A DNA stretch of 64,000 nt from Neocallimastix sp. 'constans' (lineage: Eukaryota). The notes below the pieces were generated by a model. It did not search any database. It saw only the letters and a program-made list of their open reading frames with translations, and was not told the DNA's origin. The stretch lies in NCBI GenBank assembly GCA_050613775.1, contig JBODTK010000137.1, positions 1-64,000 on the forward strand. The letters are read 5' to 3'. Within the stretch, counting starts at the first letter, position 1. Each line of letters begins with the position of its first letter. A program made the translations under genes and the position numbers. Shown piece after piece: positions 29,701 through 41,404 of this stretch.

Positions 29701-31165
29701 CGAATTGCTATACCTACTTAGGTGTACCATTTTCAAATGATTTAGAATTGAAACCGATCATACAGAGAATGAATAATAAAATAAGAAAAGCACTTTATTC
29801 CATAAAAGGATTTCTTAAGAATTCTCATATTCCTATCCCTTATAAAAGAATGTCATTTTCAGCTATGGTAATTGGACAAGTTTCATATTATGCACCTCTA
29901 CTTGGATCTAACAAAGAAAGAACGAGAAGTACACAGACACTAGTATATTCAGGATTATACTGGATTGAAGGATTTTCTAAAGGGAATAGCTTTACATCCC
30001 TTTATTATGTTTCTAAAGAACTTAACATTCCTCCTCTTTCGACGAAATTTGCGATTGCTCAGATAAGGTGTTTTAAAAAATGGAAAAACTCAAAATGTAT
30101 TATCTCTGATTTACTTAGAGATATATCTCGTTGTAGACATTATGCTTGGGATAAAGAAAGTAAAATTTTAGCTGACAAATTAGATAAATTTCCATCAAAA
30201 AAAAATTTTAAACTTTTACTGGGATAGAGATATGTCAGGAAAATCAATCAAAGCTAAGGCTTATAAAAAAAATAAATTTGAGAAAACTAAAGAATATCAT
30301 AAGCTAAACTATGAGTATCCTGAATTTAGAACTGGTTTCTGATGGGAACTTCGTGACAGATGTGGATATAAAATTCGATGCTCGTGTTGCCAAAGCTGCC
30401 AATATGTCCTTGTTGTTATAGAAAAAAAATTAATCCTCGATTGGAATATTGGTTTTCTAAATGCTATCTTTTCTGTGAATTTCGAATGAAATTTAAAGAT
30501 ATTGAAATTCTTTATGAAAAATTTTATATTATTTCTAAATATTGTCCAATATCTAATAGTAATGAAGACACTGTTATCACAGATATGAATAATATAGAAC
30601 TAAATTCTGATTCTGATAGTAGTAACGAAGTATATAATATTAATAATATTAACAATAGAAGTAATATTGTTAATAATAGAATAATTAGTTATAGTGAAAA
30701 TAGAAATATTAATATTAGTGATAGTGAAAATTATAATATCGTTACCACTAATTTAATGAATAGTTCAATTGGTGAAAATCATGCTAATTTAAGTAATTTT
30801 CTGAATAATGAATGTGTAAATATATATGTGACATGGTACCGATTATATAAATTCCTTCTTGGTGGAAGAGATGCAGATATTATTGATTTAAATTATAAAA
30901 AGAAATGGGTTATTTTCTTTACGAACCAAATCATTTCTGGTGATTATTCAAAAACGCCATTCTTGGTACGATCTGCGGCTCTCTTAACAGAAATTATGAC
31001 TCGGACTAGTACTCCGAAAATATAAACGGCAAGACGGGATAGCAGGGCCAATGCCTCTGAAGGAGAAGATCATAATTTCTTTCAGATAGTCAATTCAAAC
31101 CCTAATCCATAAGGAGGTGAGGTTCGTTGCATACGAACTTTTTTCTGAATTTATTCATTCATTTT
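26800..31165 (+). mobile_element. Degenerate non-LTR retrotransposon (LINE): APE endonuclease, reverse transcriptase and C-terminal Zn-knuckle remnant; many stops and frameshifts
   Basis: APE motifs SWNTNG, CF*ET, LLGDFN, ELDHALV, SDHKP. RT motifs KACGPDGIP, QYGFR, FLDLKKAYDSVP, GVRQGCPLSPILFNLFIND, LFADD, YTYLGV. CPCC...EYWFSKC knuckle. Ends in a short (TTCA)n/T-rich tail. Boundaries approximate. Confidence 0.93.
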
Positions 31166-31480
31166 ATTTTGAGTATTACTTTTAATTTCATGTTACTATT
31201 TCAAACATTATTATGCTCAAATTGGACAAATAATATTTATTTATTTTATTAATTCTGTGTTTTTTTTTTTATTAAAATTAAAAGTATTCATGTCATTTAT
31301 GAAAGAATAAATAAAGATTAAAGTTCGCAATAATTAAGGCTATAAAAAAAATTTTTTTTTTTTACTGGTTTATTTTATTTCATTTTATCTTATTTTAACA
31401 TATTTTATTTTTATTAATACATTATTATTTTTTATTACTTCACTTTTTATTTTATTTTACTTTATTTTATTTTATTTTAT

Positions 31481-31680
31481 TTTATTCAATCTGTACTTTA
31501 TATTTAATATTCTACTATTTATTTTATTTTATTCAATCTGTACTTTACATTTAATATTCTAATATTTATTTTATTTTATTCAATCTGTACTTTATATTTA
31601 ATATTCTACTATTTATTTTATTTTATTCAATCTGTACTTTATATTTAATATTCTACTATTTATTTTATTTTAATCTGTAA
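31481..31680. repeat. 47-bp minisatellite, 4 units plus a partial unit
   Basis: TTCAATCTGTACTTTATATTTAATATTCTACTATTTATTTTATTTTA recurring at about 31485, 31532, 31579 and 31626. Confidence 0.9.
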
Positions 31681-31879
31681 TTAGATTAGGATTACTTTTT
31701 AATAATAAAAATAAATATTCCTCTTTTTTTTTTTATTTATTTTTATTTTTTTATTTTTTTTATTTTTGCTGTAGAAAAAAAATACTGAATTCCTACTTAT
31801 TATCCATAATAAAATCAATTATTTCATTTGATCTTGTTTCATTGAAAAATTCAATAAAATATTTAATTTCTTTCATTGA

Positions 31880-32900
31880 ATTTGTATTGGTAAAAATATG
31901 TTATTTATTCAATAACATTTTTTTTTACAAAAAACAAACTTTAATTAATTAAAGGATGATTTAAATATAAAATTGATGATTGGTGAAAAATTGATTTCTT
32001 CCATAACACTTGGATTTCCTTAAATAATCAATCTAGTTCAATAATTTATTTATTATGACTATCGTTTTAAAAAGGGAACTGATATTCATAATAAATTTAG
32101 TAAAAGAATAATTTCATTATTAATTTTTATTCAAAATAATTACCTTATATCAAGTACAATTATTATTAATTAATAAAGCTGATTCTTAGGATATTCATAA
32201 TTCCTAAGTTATATCACATTTTTTTATCAAAAATGATATTCAAACAAAAGAAATGGTTAAAATATACAAGTTTTATAAATGGTTAAAAGTTGATTAACCA
32301 TTAATTATAATTATTGCTACTAAATTAGGTTTATTAAATATTATTCAATGCTTATTTGAGGAATTATATGTTAATATTAATATTACTGATAAGAATAGTA
32401 ATTCACCTTTAATGATTTCTTCTTTTAATAATTATATTAATATAATATATTATCTTATTAAAAGGAATACTGATATTTATCCTATGCTTAAATAATGAAA
32501 AAGAAACTACTCAATTTTTAATCAAAAACAATGAAAATATAAACCATAATAATATTAATGAAAATTCAATTTAATGATAGCTTCACAATATAATAATCAT
32601 ATAAAAATAGAAAAATAAAGATTAGAAATTTATTTAGCATAAAGTGAATTAGGCTTTTTATGAAGAAATAGAAAATAGGTATATGAGGATTATTTGTAAC
32701 ACTATGAAATATTTTATGAAGTGTGGAATAACTTCAAAAATGATTACCTGAAAAAGGAAATAAAAAATTGTAAATATTTAAATGAAATTAGAATAAATCT
32801 CAATAAAAAAATTATGATGACCCAATTAACGTTTTGTATCATAACAAGAGAGAATAATATCTTAAAAATATAGTAGCTATTGTTATCTATCTTATTTTAT
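31880..32900 (+). pseudogene. Decayed, deleted copy of ankyrin gene 20214..23060 including part of its 3' flank
   Basis: Colinear similarity, e.g. 32079 CTGATATTCATAATAAA...TTCAAAATAATTACCTT vs 21694 CTGATATTCATAATAAA...TTCAAAATAATTATCTT, and ATTGCTACTAAATTAGGTTTATTAAATATTATTCAA vs GTTGCTACAAGATTAGGATTATTAGATATTATTCAA. No open frame. 5' boundary uncertain. Confidence 0.85.
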
Positions 32901-32945
32901 TTTTTTTCTAAATTTTATAAATAAATTTTATAAATAAATAAATAA

Positions 32946-32985
<40 letters not shown>

Positions 32986-33147
32986 TTATTTAATATATAT
33001 ATATATTAATTATCTGTTATTTTATAGTATCACTACCTCTTTTTTACATTTTTATTTTTATTTTATTTATTTATTAATTATTATTATTTAAAAAAGAAAT
33101 AAATAAAAAATTAATATATATATTTTTAAATAAAAATTTTTTTGTTA

Positions 33148-33317
33148 TTTCCAGTGTATACCGTCTTTGATTTCAGCCCTCCCTCTTCGGAGCAGTGGGA
33201 ATATTGAGGTAGTCACATGCTTCTTTTTTCTAAAGGCAAAATTGTCCCTACTGGACGACCTTTCTGAGTATTTCAGCATTGGAGCTCTGACATGCATATT
33301 GCTGAAAATTTTTCTAG
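33148..33317 (+). ncRNA. Unannotated GC-rich structured element, copy B (GC-rich sequence continues to about 33410)
   Basis: Homologous to 18345-18492(-). Contains a C(UUCG)G hairpin, stem TCCAGTG/TACTGGA, hairpin TTTCAGCA/TGCTGAAA, then CTAG. Confidence 0.55.
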
Positions 33318-33970
33318 TACAACTCCTAGTGCTTCTCAAGTTCGTACTTTGAAGAGAGATCAATATAACCTAACCCACAGAAAATTCATACTAACTCCCT
33401 GTATACATGTTATCAATTTAGTAGAATATACTTTGACCGAAATAAAAAAAAAAATAATTATTATTATTATATTAATATATTTTGTCTTTTATATAATTAT
33501 AATTCTAAAACAGTAATATTTTATTTTTTTTATTTTTATTTTATTTTATTTTTTTTTTAAATTTTAAATAAATATTTATTTAAAATTAAAGTATTATTTC
33601 ATATATAAAAAATAAAATTTTACATGAAATTTGAAAAAAAAAAAATTTTTTAAAATTTTTAATTACAATATGAATAAATCATTAAATATATAATTCATTA
33701 TTATATGAAAGCTTTCAATTAAATATTTATTATAATTATTAAAAAATATTAGTTAATTTATTTATATTATAATATTATATTATAATATTGTTTTATAATT
33801 TAGCAAAAAATATATGTATATTAATTTGTTTAGAAAAATGAATATATTTATATAATAATATCGTTCAAAATTAATAATATTGGGTATCATGAATTTTTAA
33901 TTTTTATTAGTTTTTTTTTTTAATATTAATTTAAAAAAAAGATAATTAAATAGCTTAATTTTAATATAAA

Positions 33971-36900
33971 ATGGATTTCATTGACAAACTTAATCATCTT
34001 ATTTCAGAAAATGATTTATATAACTTAAAATCTTATGTAAGTTTAAATAATATTCAGGTTAATACTTATAATGAAAGCTGCTATGATTTATTAATTCAAT
34101 CAATTGAAAAAAATGCTTCAGAAAGTATTTTAAAATATATCTTAAGCTTTTATAAAAATGTTAATTTTGAAATTATTAATGGTAAAATTCCATTATTTAT
34201 TGCTATCGAAATGAATCATTTTAACCAAGCGAATTTATTATTGAAATACAATGCGAACATTAACTATATTAATAAAAATAAAGATAATATTATTACATAT
34301 CTTATGAATAAAAATTTATTAACTAAAAAAAAATTAATTTATATTTTAAAAAAGAATATTAATATAAATTTTAAAAATAGGCAAGGAGTTAGAATTGTTG
34401 ATTCATTAATAAGAAAAAAAGATTTTGAATTAGTTAATTGCATTTTTAAAACTCTCATATATCAAAAAGACACAGTTCTTCGTTTAATAAATACTTATAA
34501 ATATGGCATTCCAATGTCAAAGAAACAATTACTTGATTTCATTGAAGAAGAGAAATCTAAAATTGAAATAACAAAACCAATGTTCATTATAGCAATAAAA
34601 AATACTGATGAAGCAATTTTAAATTTACTTTTAGAACATGAAATTAACGATTATATTTTTGATGTTAATAATGGATATAACTTACTGATAGAAGCGGCTG
34701 AACGAAGTAATTATCCAATAGTAAAATTATTAATTAAAAAAGGTGTAAAAGTTAATGAAAAAAATTTTAAAGGTTCCACCCCTCTTTTAATTTCATCAGA
34801 AAATGGTGATAAAGAAATTGTAGAATATTTAGTTGAGCATGGTGCTGAAGTTAATGAAAGTAATTCAGAGGGAGAAACACCTATTAAAGTTGCTTATAAT
34901 AAGTGGAATTATGCTATTGTCAAATACTTAATTGACCATGGTGCAGACGTCAATGATTCTGGTCAATCAGGAAAAACATTGCTAATTTTTGCTATTGAAG
35001 ATGAACAAGTGGAAATGATTTCATATTTCTTACAAAATTCAACACTTAATATCAATTTCGAAGATGAAAAAAAATGGACGGCTTTAATGTATGCTGCTAA
35101 AGGTGGTAATGTTAAAATTATACAACAGTTAATTGAACGTGGTGCAAATTTAAACCATAGAGATAAAAATGGTAATACACCATTATTGACAGCTGCAGAA
35201 TATGGTCAAGAAGCAGCTGTCCAATATTTTATTGAAAATAAAAAAGTGGATATTAATGAAGTAAATAATGCGGGATGGACTGCGTTAATGTTAGCATCAA
35301 AAAATGGTCATCTTCCTGTAATTAAATATTTAATTCAAGAAAGAGCAAATATAAAACTTAGAAATAATAAAGGTTGTTCTTCCCTCTTTATCGCTGTTTT
35401 TTATAATCATTTAACAGTAGTTCAATATTATATTGAAAATTATTCTAAAATTTTAAATGTAAATGAAAAAAAAAAGAATGGTAATGCAATATTAATATAT
35501 GCTGCATTTAATAATAATTTAGATATGGTTAAATATATAGTTAATCATGGTGCTATTTTGAACTCCGTTGGATATAAAAAAAGTAATGCATTAATACAAG
35601 CTTCATATCTTGGTCATTTAGAAATTGTGCAGTATTTAGTAGAACAAGGAATTGATTTACTTCAGAAAGATAATCATGGTATGTCTGCTTTACTGTATGC
35701 AGCTAAAAACGGACATCATTTAATTGTTAAATATTTAATAGAGCATAATGCACATATTAATGAGGTTAATAATAATGAAGAAACAGCATTAATTCTTGCT
35801 TGTCAATGGAAACGTATTGAAGTCATTATCTATTTAATAGAAAAGGGTGCTTTAGTTAATCATCAAAATAAAGATGGGTGGTCAGCATTAATTATTGCAG
35901 CAAAACAAGGAACATTTGATATTGTCCAGTATTTAGTAGATCATTCAGCTAATATTCATTTAAAAACTAATCATCAATGGACTGCCTTAATGTGGGCCGC
36001 ACATTTAGGTCATCTTCCTATCATTAAATTTTTAATTGAGAAACATCACGCAAATGTAAATAATGTAAGTAATGATGGATGGTCAGCTTTAAAATGTGCA
36101 TTTAAAAATAGTTTTTTTAAAGATGGTACTTGTTCAACATATATTGAGATCACAAAATATCTTATTAAGCAACATGCTAATGTAAATGAAAAATGGGAAA
36201 ATGGTAATACACCATTTTTACTTGCTTTAAATGAAAATGAGGATATTGTTCAATATTTTATTGAAAATAGTGAAAATATTAATGTTAATTTAATTAACGA
36301 TTTAGGTGAAACAGCTTTAATGAAGGCTTCTCGTAAAGGATATCTTAAGGCGGTTAAATTCTTAATTAAAAATAGAGCAATAATTAATATTAAAGATATC
36401 CAGGGTTATACAGCATTAATGTATGCTGCAAAATATGGACATATCGATGTTGTAAAATATCTAATAGAAAATGGTGGCATTATTCAAGAACAAAATAATA
36501 ATCATGAAACAGCAATATCATTAGCATTCAAAGAAAACTATACAGATATTATTAAATTATTATTAAATAGAATTTCAATTGAAAATAAATCAATCGAAGA
36601 TGATGATTGGATTCAATTAATAAATATTTCCAATCATGATATTGCAAAATCAAGTGAATTTTTAAAACTAAAAAATATTACTATTGAGGATGTTAAGGAA
36701 AATTATACCTTATTAACTTTTGCTTCTTTAAATAATTGTATTAATTTAATTCAATATCTTTTGATCAATATAGAATTGTCTAAAATTCAAATCATAATAA
36801 ATCAAAAAGATAATACAAAGTTAGAATGGTCACCATTAATTTATGCATCTTACTATGGGTATTTGAATCTTGTAAAATATTTAATTGAAAAAAAAGCATA

Positions 36901-37888
36901 TATAAATGATATTGACAATGAACAATTTACGCCATTAATGTATTCCTGTCAAAATGGACATTTAGAAGTCGTAGAATATCTTATCCAACATGATGCAAAT
37001 ACTATAACAAAGAATAAATATGGAAGAAATTGTTTAATGTTAGCTTCTATATCAGGTCATTTACATATAGTAAAACGTCTTCTTCAAATTAAAGGAATTG
37101 ATATTAATGATATTGATGGAAGGAAATGGACAGCAATTCTTCATGCGTCACAAAATAATCATCTGGATATTGTTGAATATTTATATGAGCATGGTGCTGA
37201 TATTAATAAGGAAGCAATTTTTTATTGGACTCCCCTATTAGCTTCGGCCTATCAAGGTTATTTAGATATTGTTAAATTTTTAGTACCGAGAGGGGCAAAA
37301 TTAGATCAAAAATGTTACAGTGGAAGTACGCCTTTAATCTATGCAGCTCAAGGAGGTTATATGGATGTTGTACAATGCTTAGTAGAATCAGGAGCTGATA
37401 TAAATATTGATAATAACTGGAACAAAACTGCTATGATTGAGGCAATATCCAATAATCATGATGACATAGCTATTTATTTGATTGAACATGGAGCTCAAGT
37501 TAATAATTTTGATTCGTACTATTCACCTCTAATTATTGCATCTAAACAAGGTCTTGATAATGTTGTTAAATATTTAGTAGCTCATGGTGCAATTGTCGAT
37601 GCTAAAAAATATGATACAACAGCCTTAAAGACAGCAAGTCAGCATGGTCATCTTAATATAGTACAGTTTTTAATAGAAAATGGAGCAAATATTAATTATA
37701 ATGGATATTATAATGGTGATACCCCTATTATGCTTGCTACACTTTATAATAAATATGAAATTGTAAAATATCTTTTAAGTAAAGGTGCTGATATTACTGA
37801 ACGTAAAGCATATAAAGGAACCGTACTATCTGTAGCTAATCATTATGGATATATTAGATTATATCAATTACTTCAAAAATATGTATAA
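33971..37888 (+). CDS. Intronless ankyrin-repeat protein (1305 aa)
   Basis: About 30 ankyrin repeats (GWTALM.A...GHL.IVKYLIE.GA.IN); N-terminus paralogous to the 20214 gene (DLLI..IE...NFEI...KIPLF.A). Confidence 0.95.
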   Translation: MDFIDKLNHLISENDLYNLKSYVSLNNIQVNTYNESCYDLLIQSIEKNASESILKYILSFYKNVNFEIINGKIPLFIAIEMNHFNQANLLLKYNANINYINKNKDNIITYLMNKNLLTKKKLIYILKKNININFKNRQGVRIVDSLIRKKDFELVNCIFKTLIYQKDTVLRLINTYKYGIPMSKKQLLDFIEEEKSKIEITKPMFIIAIKNTDEAILNLLLEHEINDYIFDVNNGYNLLIEAAERSNYPIVKLLIKKGVKVNEKNFKGSTPLLISSENGDKEIVEYLVEHGAEVNESNSEGETPIKVAYNKWNYAIVKYLIDHGADVNDSGQSGKTLLIFAIEDEQVEMISYFLQNSTLNINFEDEKKWTALMYAAKGGNVKIIQQLIERGANLNHRDKNGNTPLLTAAEYGQEAAVQYFIENKKVDINEVNNAGWTALMLASKNGHLPVIKYLIQERANIKLRNNKGCSSLFIAVFYNHLTVVQYYIENYSKILNVNEKKKNGNAILIYAAFNNNLDMVKYIVNHGAILNSVGYKKSNALIQASYLGHLEIVQYLVEQGIDLLQKDNHGMSALLYAAKNGHHLIVKYLIEHNAHINEVNNNEETALILACQWKRIEVIIYLIEKGALVNHQNKDGWSALIIAAKQGTFDIVQYLVDHSANIHLKTNHQWTALMWAAHLGHLPIIKFLIEKHHANVNNVSNDGWSALKCAFKNSFFKDGTCSTYIEITKYLIKQHANVNEKWENGNTPFLLALNENEDIVQYFIENSENINVNLINDLGETALMKASRKGYLKAVKFLIKNRAIINIKDIQGYTALMYAAKYGHIDVVKYLIENGGIIQEQNNNHETAISLAFKENYTDIIKLLLNRISIENKSIEDDDWIQLINISNHDIAKSSEFLKLKNITIEDVKENYTLLTFASLNNCINLIQYLLINIELSKIQIIINQKDNTKLEWSPLIYASYYGYLNLVKYLIEKKAYINDIDNEQFTPLMYSCQNGHLEVVEYLIQHDANTITKNKYGRNCLMLASISGHLHIVKRLLQIKGIDINDIDGRKWTAILHASQNNHLDIVEYLYEHGADINKEAIFYWTPLLASAYQGYLDIVKFLVPRGAKLDQKCYSGSTPLIYAAQGGYMDVVQCLVESGADINIDNNWNKTAMIEAISNNHDDIAIYLIEHGAQVNNFDSYYSPLIIASKQGLDNVVKYLVAHGAIVDAKKYDTTALKTASQHGHLNIVQFLIENGANINYNGYYNGDTPIMLATLYNKYEIVKYLLSKGADITERKAYKGTVLSVANHYGYIRLYQLLQKYV

Positions 37889-38517
37889 AAAAAAGGTTTA
37901 TTTTTATTAAACATTATTATATAATTAATATTAATTTTAAAAAATAAATATAAAAATTAAAATAAATATAGATTTTTAATAAAAAAAAATTAAATAAATA
38001 AAACCACATTAAAAAAAATTTTTATGAAGTCTAATTTATAAATATATATATTTTAATAAATAAAATTAATTTATATAAAAAAAAATATTGAATTTTTAGT
38101 TTTATTTTCAATTATATTAATTTTATTATTATAATTTTAAAACTAAATTAATTAACTTAAAAATTTTAAATTTATTGTAATATATGTTGATGTCATAAAC
38201 ATATATATAAAAATAAATGATTATCTGTTTATATAGTTTATATAATTTTTTTTTTATTTAATATTTCAAAGAAAAAAAAAAATAATAATAATAAAAAAAA
38301 ATATTAATATTAATAATAAAAAATATATATATAATAAAATATATATATAAAATATATATATATGAAAGAAAATTATGAAAATTTGTTATTTGTTTTTTTT
38401 TTTTTTTTTTTTTATTTTTTAATTATATTATAATATTAAAGTATGAATAAAAGCTTTAGTATTTTAATTTTAAAAGCTATAGTTACGAAAATAATAATTT
38501 CAGTTATGAACTAAAGA

Positions 38518-38618
<101 letters not shown>

Positions 38619-38902
38619 ATTTATAAAATAAATAAATAAATAATAAAAAAGATATTCATATTATACTTCATAATATTATATATATTTTTTTTATGAAATT
38701 AAATAGTACTTCATTTTTGTAAATTTATTTATATACAACTCAAACAAATAATATATTATTGATTTAACAAATAAGTAAACAATTGTTATAATAATAAAAA
38801 ATAATGAATAAATGAAATAATAATAAAAATAAAAATAAACATAAAAATAAAAAAAAAATTTGATAGATAGTAATATTATTAATAATAAATAATTATATAG
38901 TA

Positions 38903-40942
38903 ATGGAAAGAACAAATAAAAAAATAAAAACTTGTGAAGAAATTGAAAATAAACCTATTGATTATTTCAATATTAGAAAAAGATTTTTCCCAAAATCCAA
39001 AAATCCAATTGCAAATTTAACAAGAGCTATATTTAAAAAACATATTCCTGAAAAACATCCATGTACTTATTGTCGACGAAAAGAAGTTAATTTACAAAGA
39101 TGTACAAATTGTAAAATTGCATTTTATTGTAGTAAAGAATGTCAAAAGAATGATTGGAAAAGAGTAAATAATTTTTTTTTGTGTATTATTAATTATATAA
39201 TTTAATTCATATATAAATAAAATCATTTAAATATTATTTATATTGAATAAATAGATAATAATAATAATAATAATAGTGATAGTAAGATTTGATTTAATAT
39301 ATTAAAATATTAATAATTTTTATTTTAAAATATTATAAAATTAAATTTAGCATAAAGAATTATGTAAAATAGAAAAAGAATTGCAAAATCAGTTAAATAA
39401 AAGAGAGAAACATGTAAAAATATATTCATCAAAACATATTATTGATATCAATACAGGACGGGTAAATTTAATTATATATATATATATATTTTTGTTATTG
39501 TATTAATTATATTCGATAATAATTCATGTATTTATTTATATAATTAAAATTTATATTCATATAAATATTAAAATAAAAATATTTAAAAGTTTAATCCTTA
39601 TTTAAAAAATTTTATTAAACATGAAACATTTCGAATTCAAAAATCGAAAGCCTTATTAGCAACACAACGACAGCAAGTGCAACCAAATCAGCAACAGCAA
39701 AATGAGCAAAACATCCAAAATTTTTTCAATAATTTACAAAGAAATAATAATAGACATAACGAAAGAAATTCAAATCCACAAATTGAATTAGCTGAAAAAT
39801 TAAGAAATAATTATTTATCAAGTGAGGTTGATTTTAAAGAATTTAAACCACTGAATGATGAAGAAGTTAGAGAAGCTATTTCAGAAGTATTGAATTTCAA
39901 TAAGAAAAATACTGAAGAAAATACTTTAATTACTGAATCGATAACAGAAGAAAGTAATCCAGTTGAAGTTAATCCTCTAGAAAAATTATATGAATATGAA
40001 TTAAATGATTTATTCAAAAATACATATTGTCATCCTTATTCTGGTGATATTATAAGACCTTTATCAAGAAAAGAAGTCCTTTTTAAAAGGAATCATTTTC
40101 CAAGTTTAGCTAAATTAGCAAAAGAATCAATAAGAACATCATTATTTGAAAATGCTAAAAAATTTTATAAAAATGATTCAAAAGGAAAACAAGAAGAAGG
40201 AAGCATTAACAATTATTCAGATATACAAGAGAAAACTAATAAATTATTAAATTTATCAGAAAAAGAGATGATAGAAACAATATTATATATTTTAACTGGA
40301 AGTAGTGAAGGTACATTAGAATGTTATAGGCTTCCCCCAGAAATTATTATTGAATGTATAATTCATTCACTTGATAGGGTATTACCATATAAAAGTAATT
40401 CTTTATTTAATTTAGAATTATTCCATTTATATAGTTCTATACATCTCTGCTTGTATATTAATAATAATAATCGAACTGAAGCTTTAGAAATAGCATTCGA
40501 TTATTCAAACAAAATAATTAATATTATAGAAGAAATTATTAGATCTTCTGGTTTAAATTCATTTGAAAACAAATCATTTATAGGGAAATGCTATATTTTA
40601 CATGGTAGAGTACTAAAAACTGCAGAAAATTACAAAGATGCAATAATGAGCTATAAAAAGGCTTTAGTTCTTTTTGATGATATTGTAAAATTACCATGTT
40701 GCTGGAAAGGACATGATAAATATTATTATTTAAGACAAAATAAAAAGTACTCGTTAGAAAATATATGGTTGGTTTGTAGGTGTTTAGAAGATTTAGGTAT
40801 TTGTAATTATATAATAGGTGAAAGACCTTTAGTTGCGCAATCATATTTTAAAAGTAGTTTCAATATTATAAACAGATTTTGGGAGCAATTAAGACCTCCA
40901 AATGCTAATCCTAACAACAATAATAATATGAATATGAATATA

Positions 40943-40975
<33 letters not shown>

Positions 40976-41336
40976 CAAAATAATGAACCAATAGAAAGTA
41001 TATGGGTTGATAATTTAGCCAGAAAGTATAATTTACCTTTACCAATTGTTAATAATTTAAAAAATCGAATGGGCATTAATAAGAGAGGTGCCTCTATTAT
41101 TGAGTATGATCCTTTAATGGATAGTATGCCTCTCCAATTCGGTATGGCAGCCGCTGTATTCCAAAGACCACCTCAAAATAGAAATAATAATAATAACAAC
41201 AACAACAACAATAATAATAATGATAACAATAATAATAATAATAATAATAATAACAACAACAACAACAACAACAATAATAATAATAATAATAATCATAATA
41301 ATAATAATAATAATCATAATAATAATAATAATAATC

Positions 41337-41404
<68 letters not shown>

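Noticed and set aside
33366..33376. TAACCTAACCC as a telomerase RNA template
   Set aside because: Not a clean 1.5 repeat of TTAGGG, not shared with copy A, no supporting domains identified.
33145..33516. Short ORFs over the structured element (33145-, 33167+, 33292+) and 24842..25045
   Set aside because: Frames are not preserved between copies A and B; no recognisable protein features.
38645..38645. Ambiguous base 'r'
   Set aside because: IUPAC consensus ambiguity in an A-rich intergenic tract; technical.
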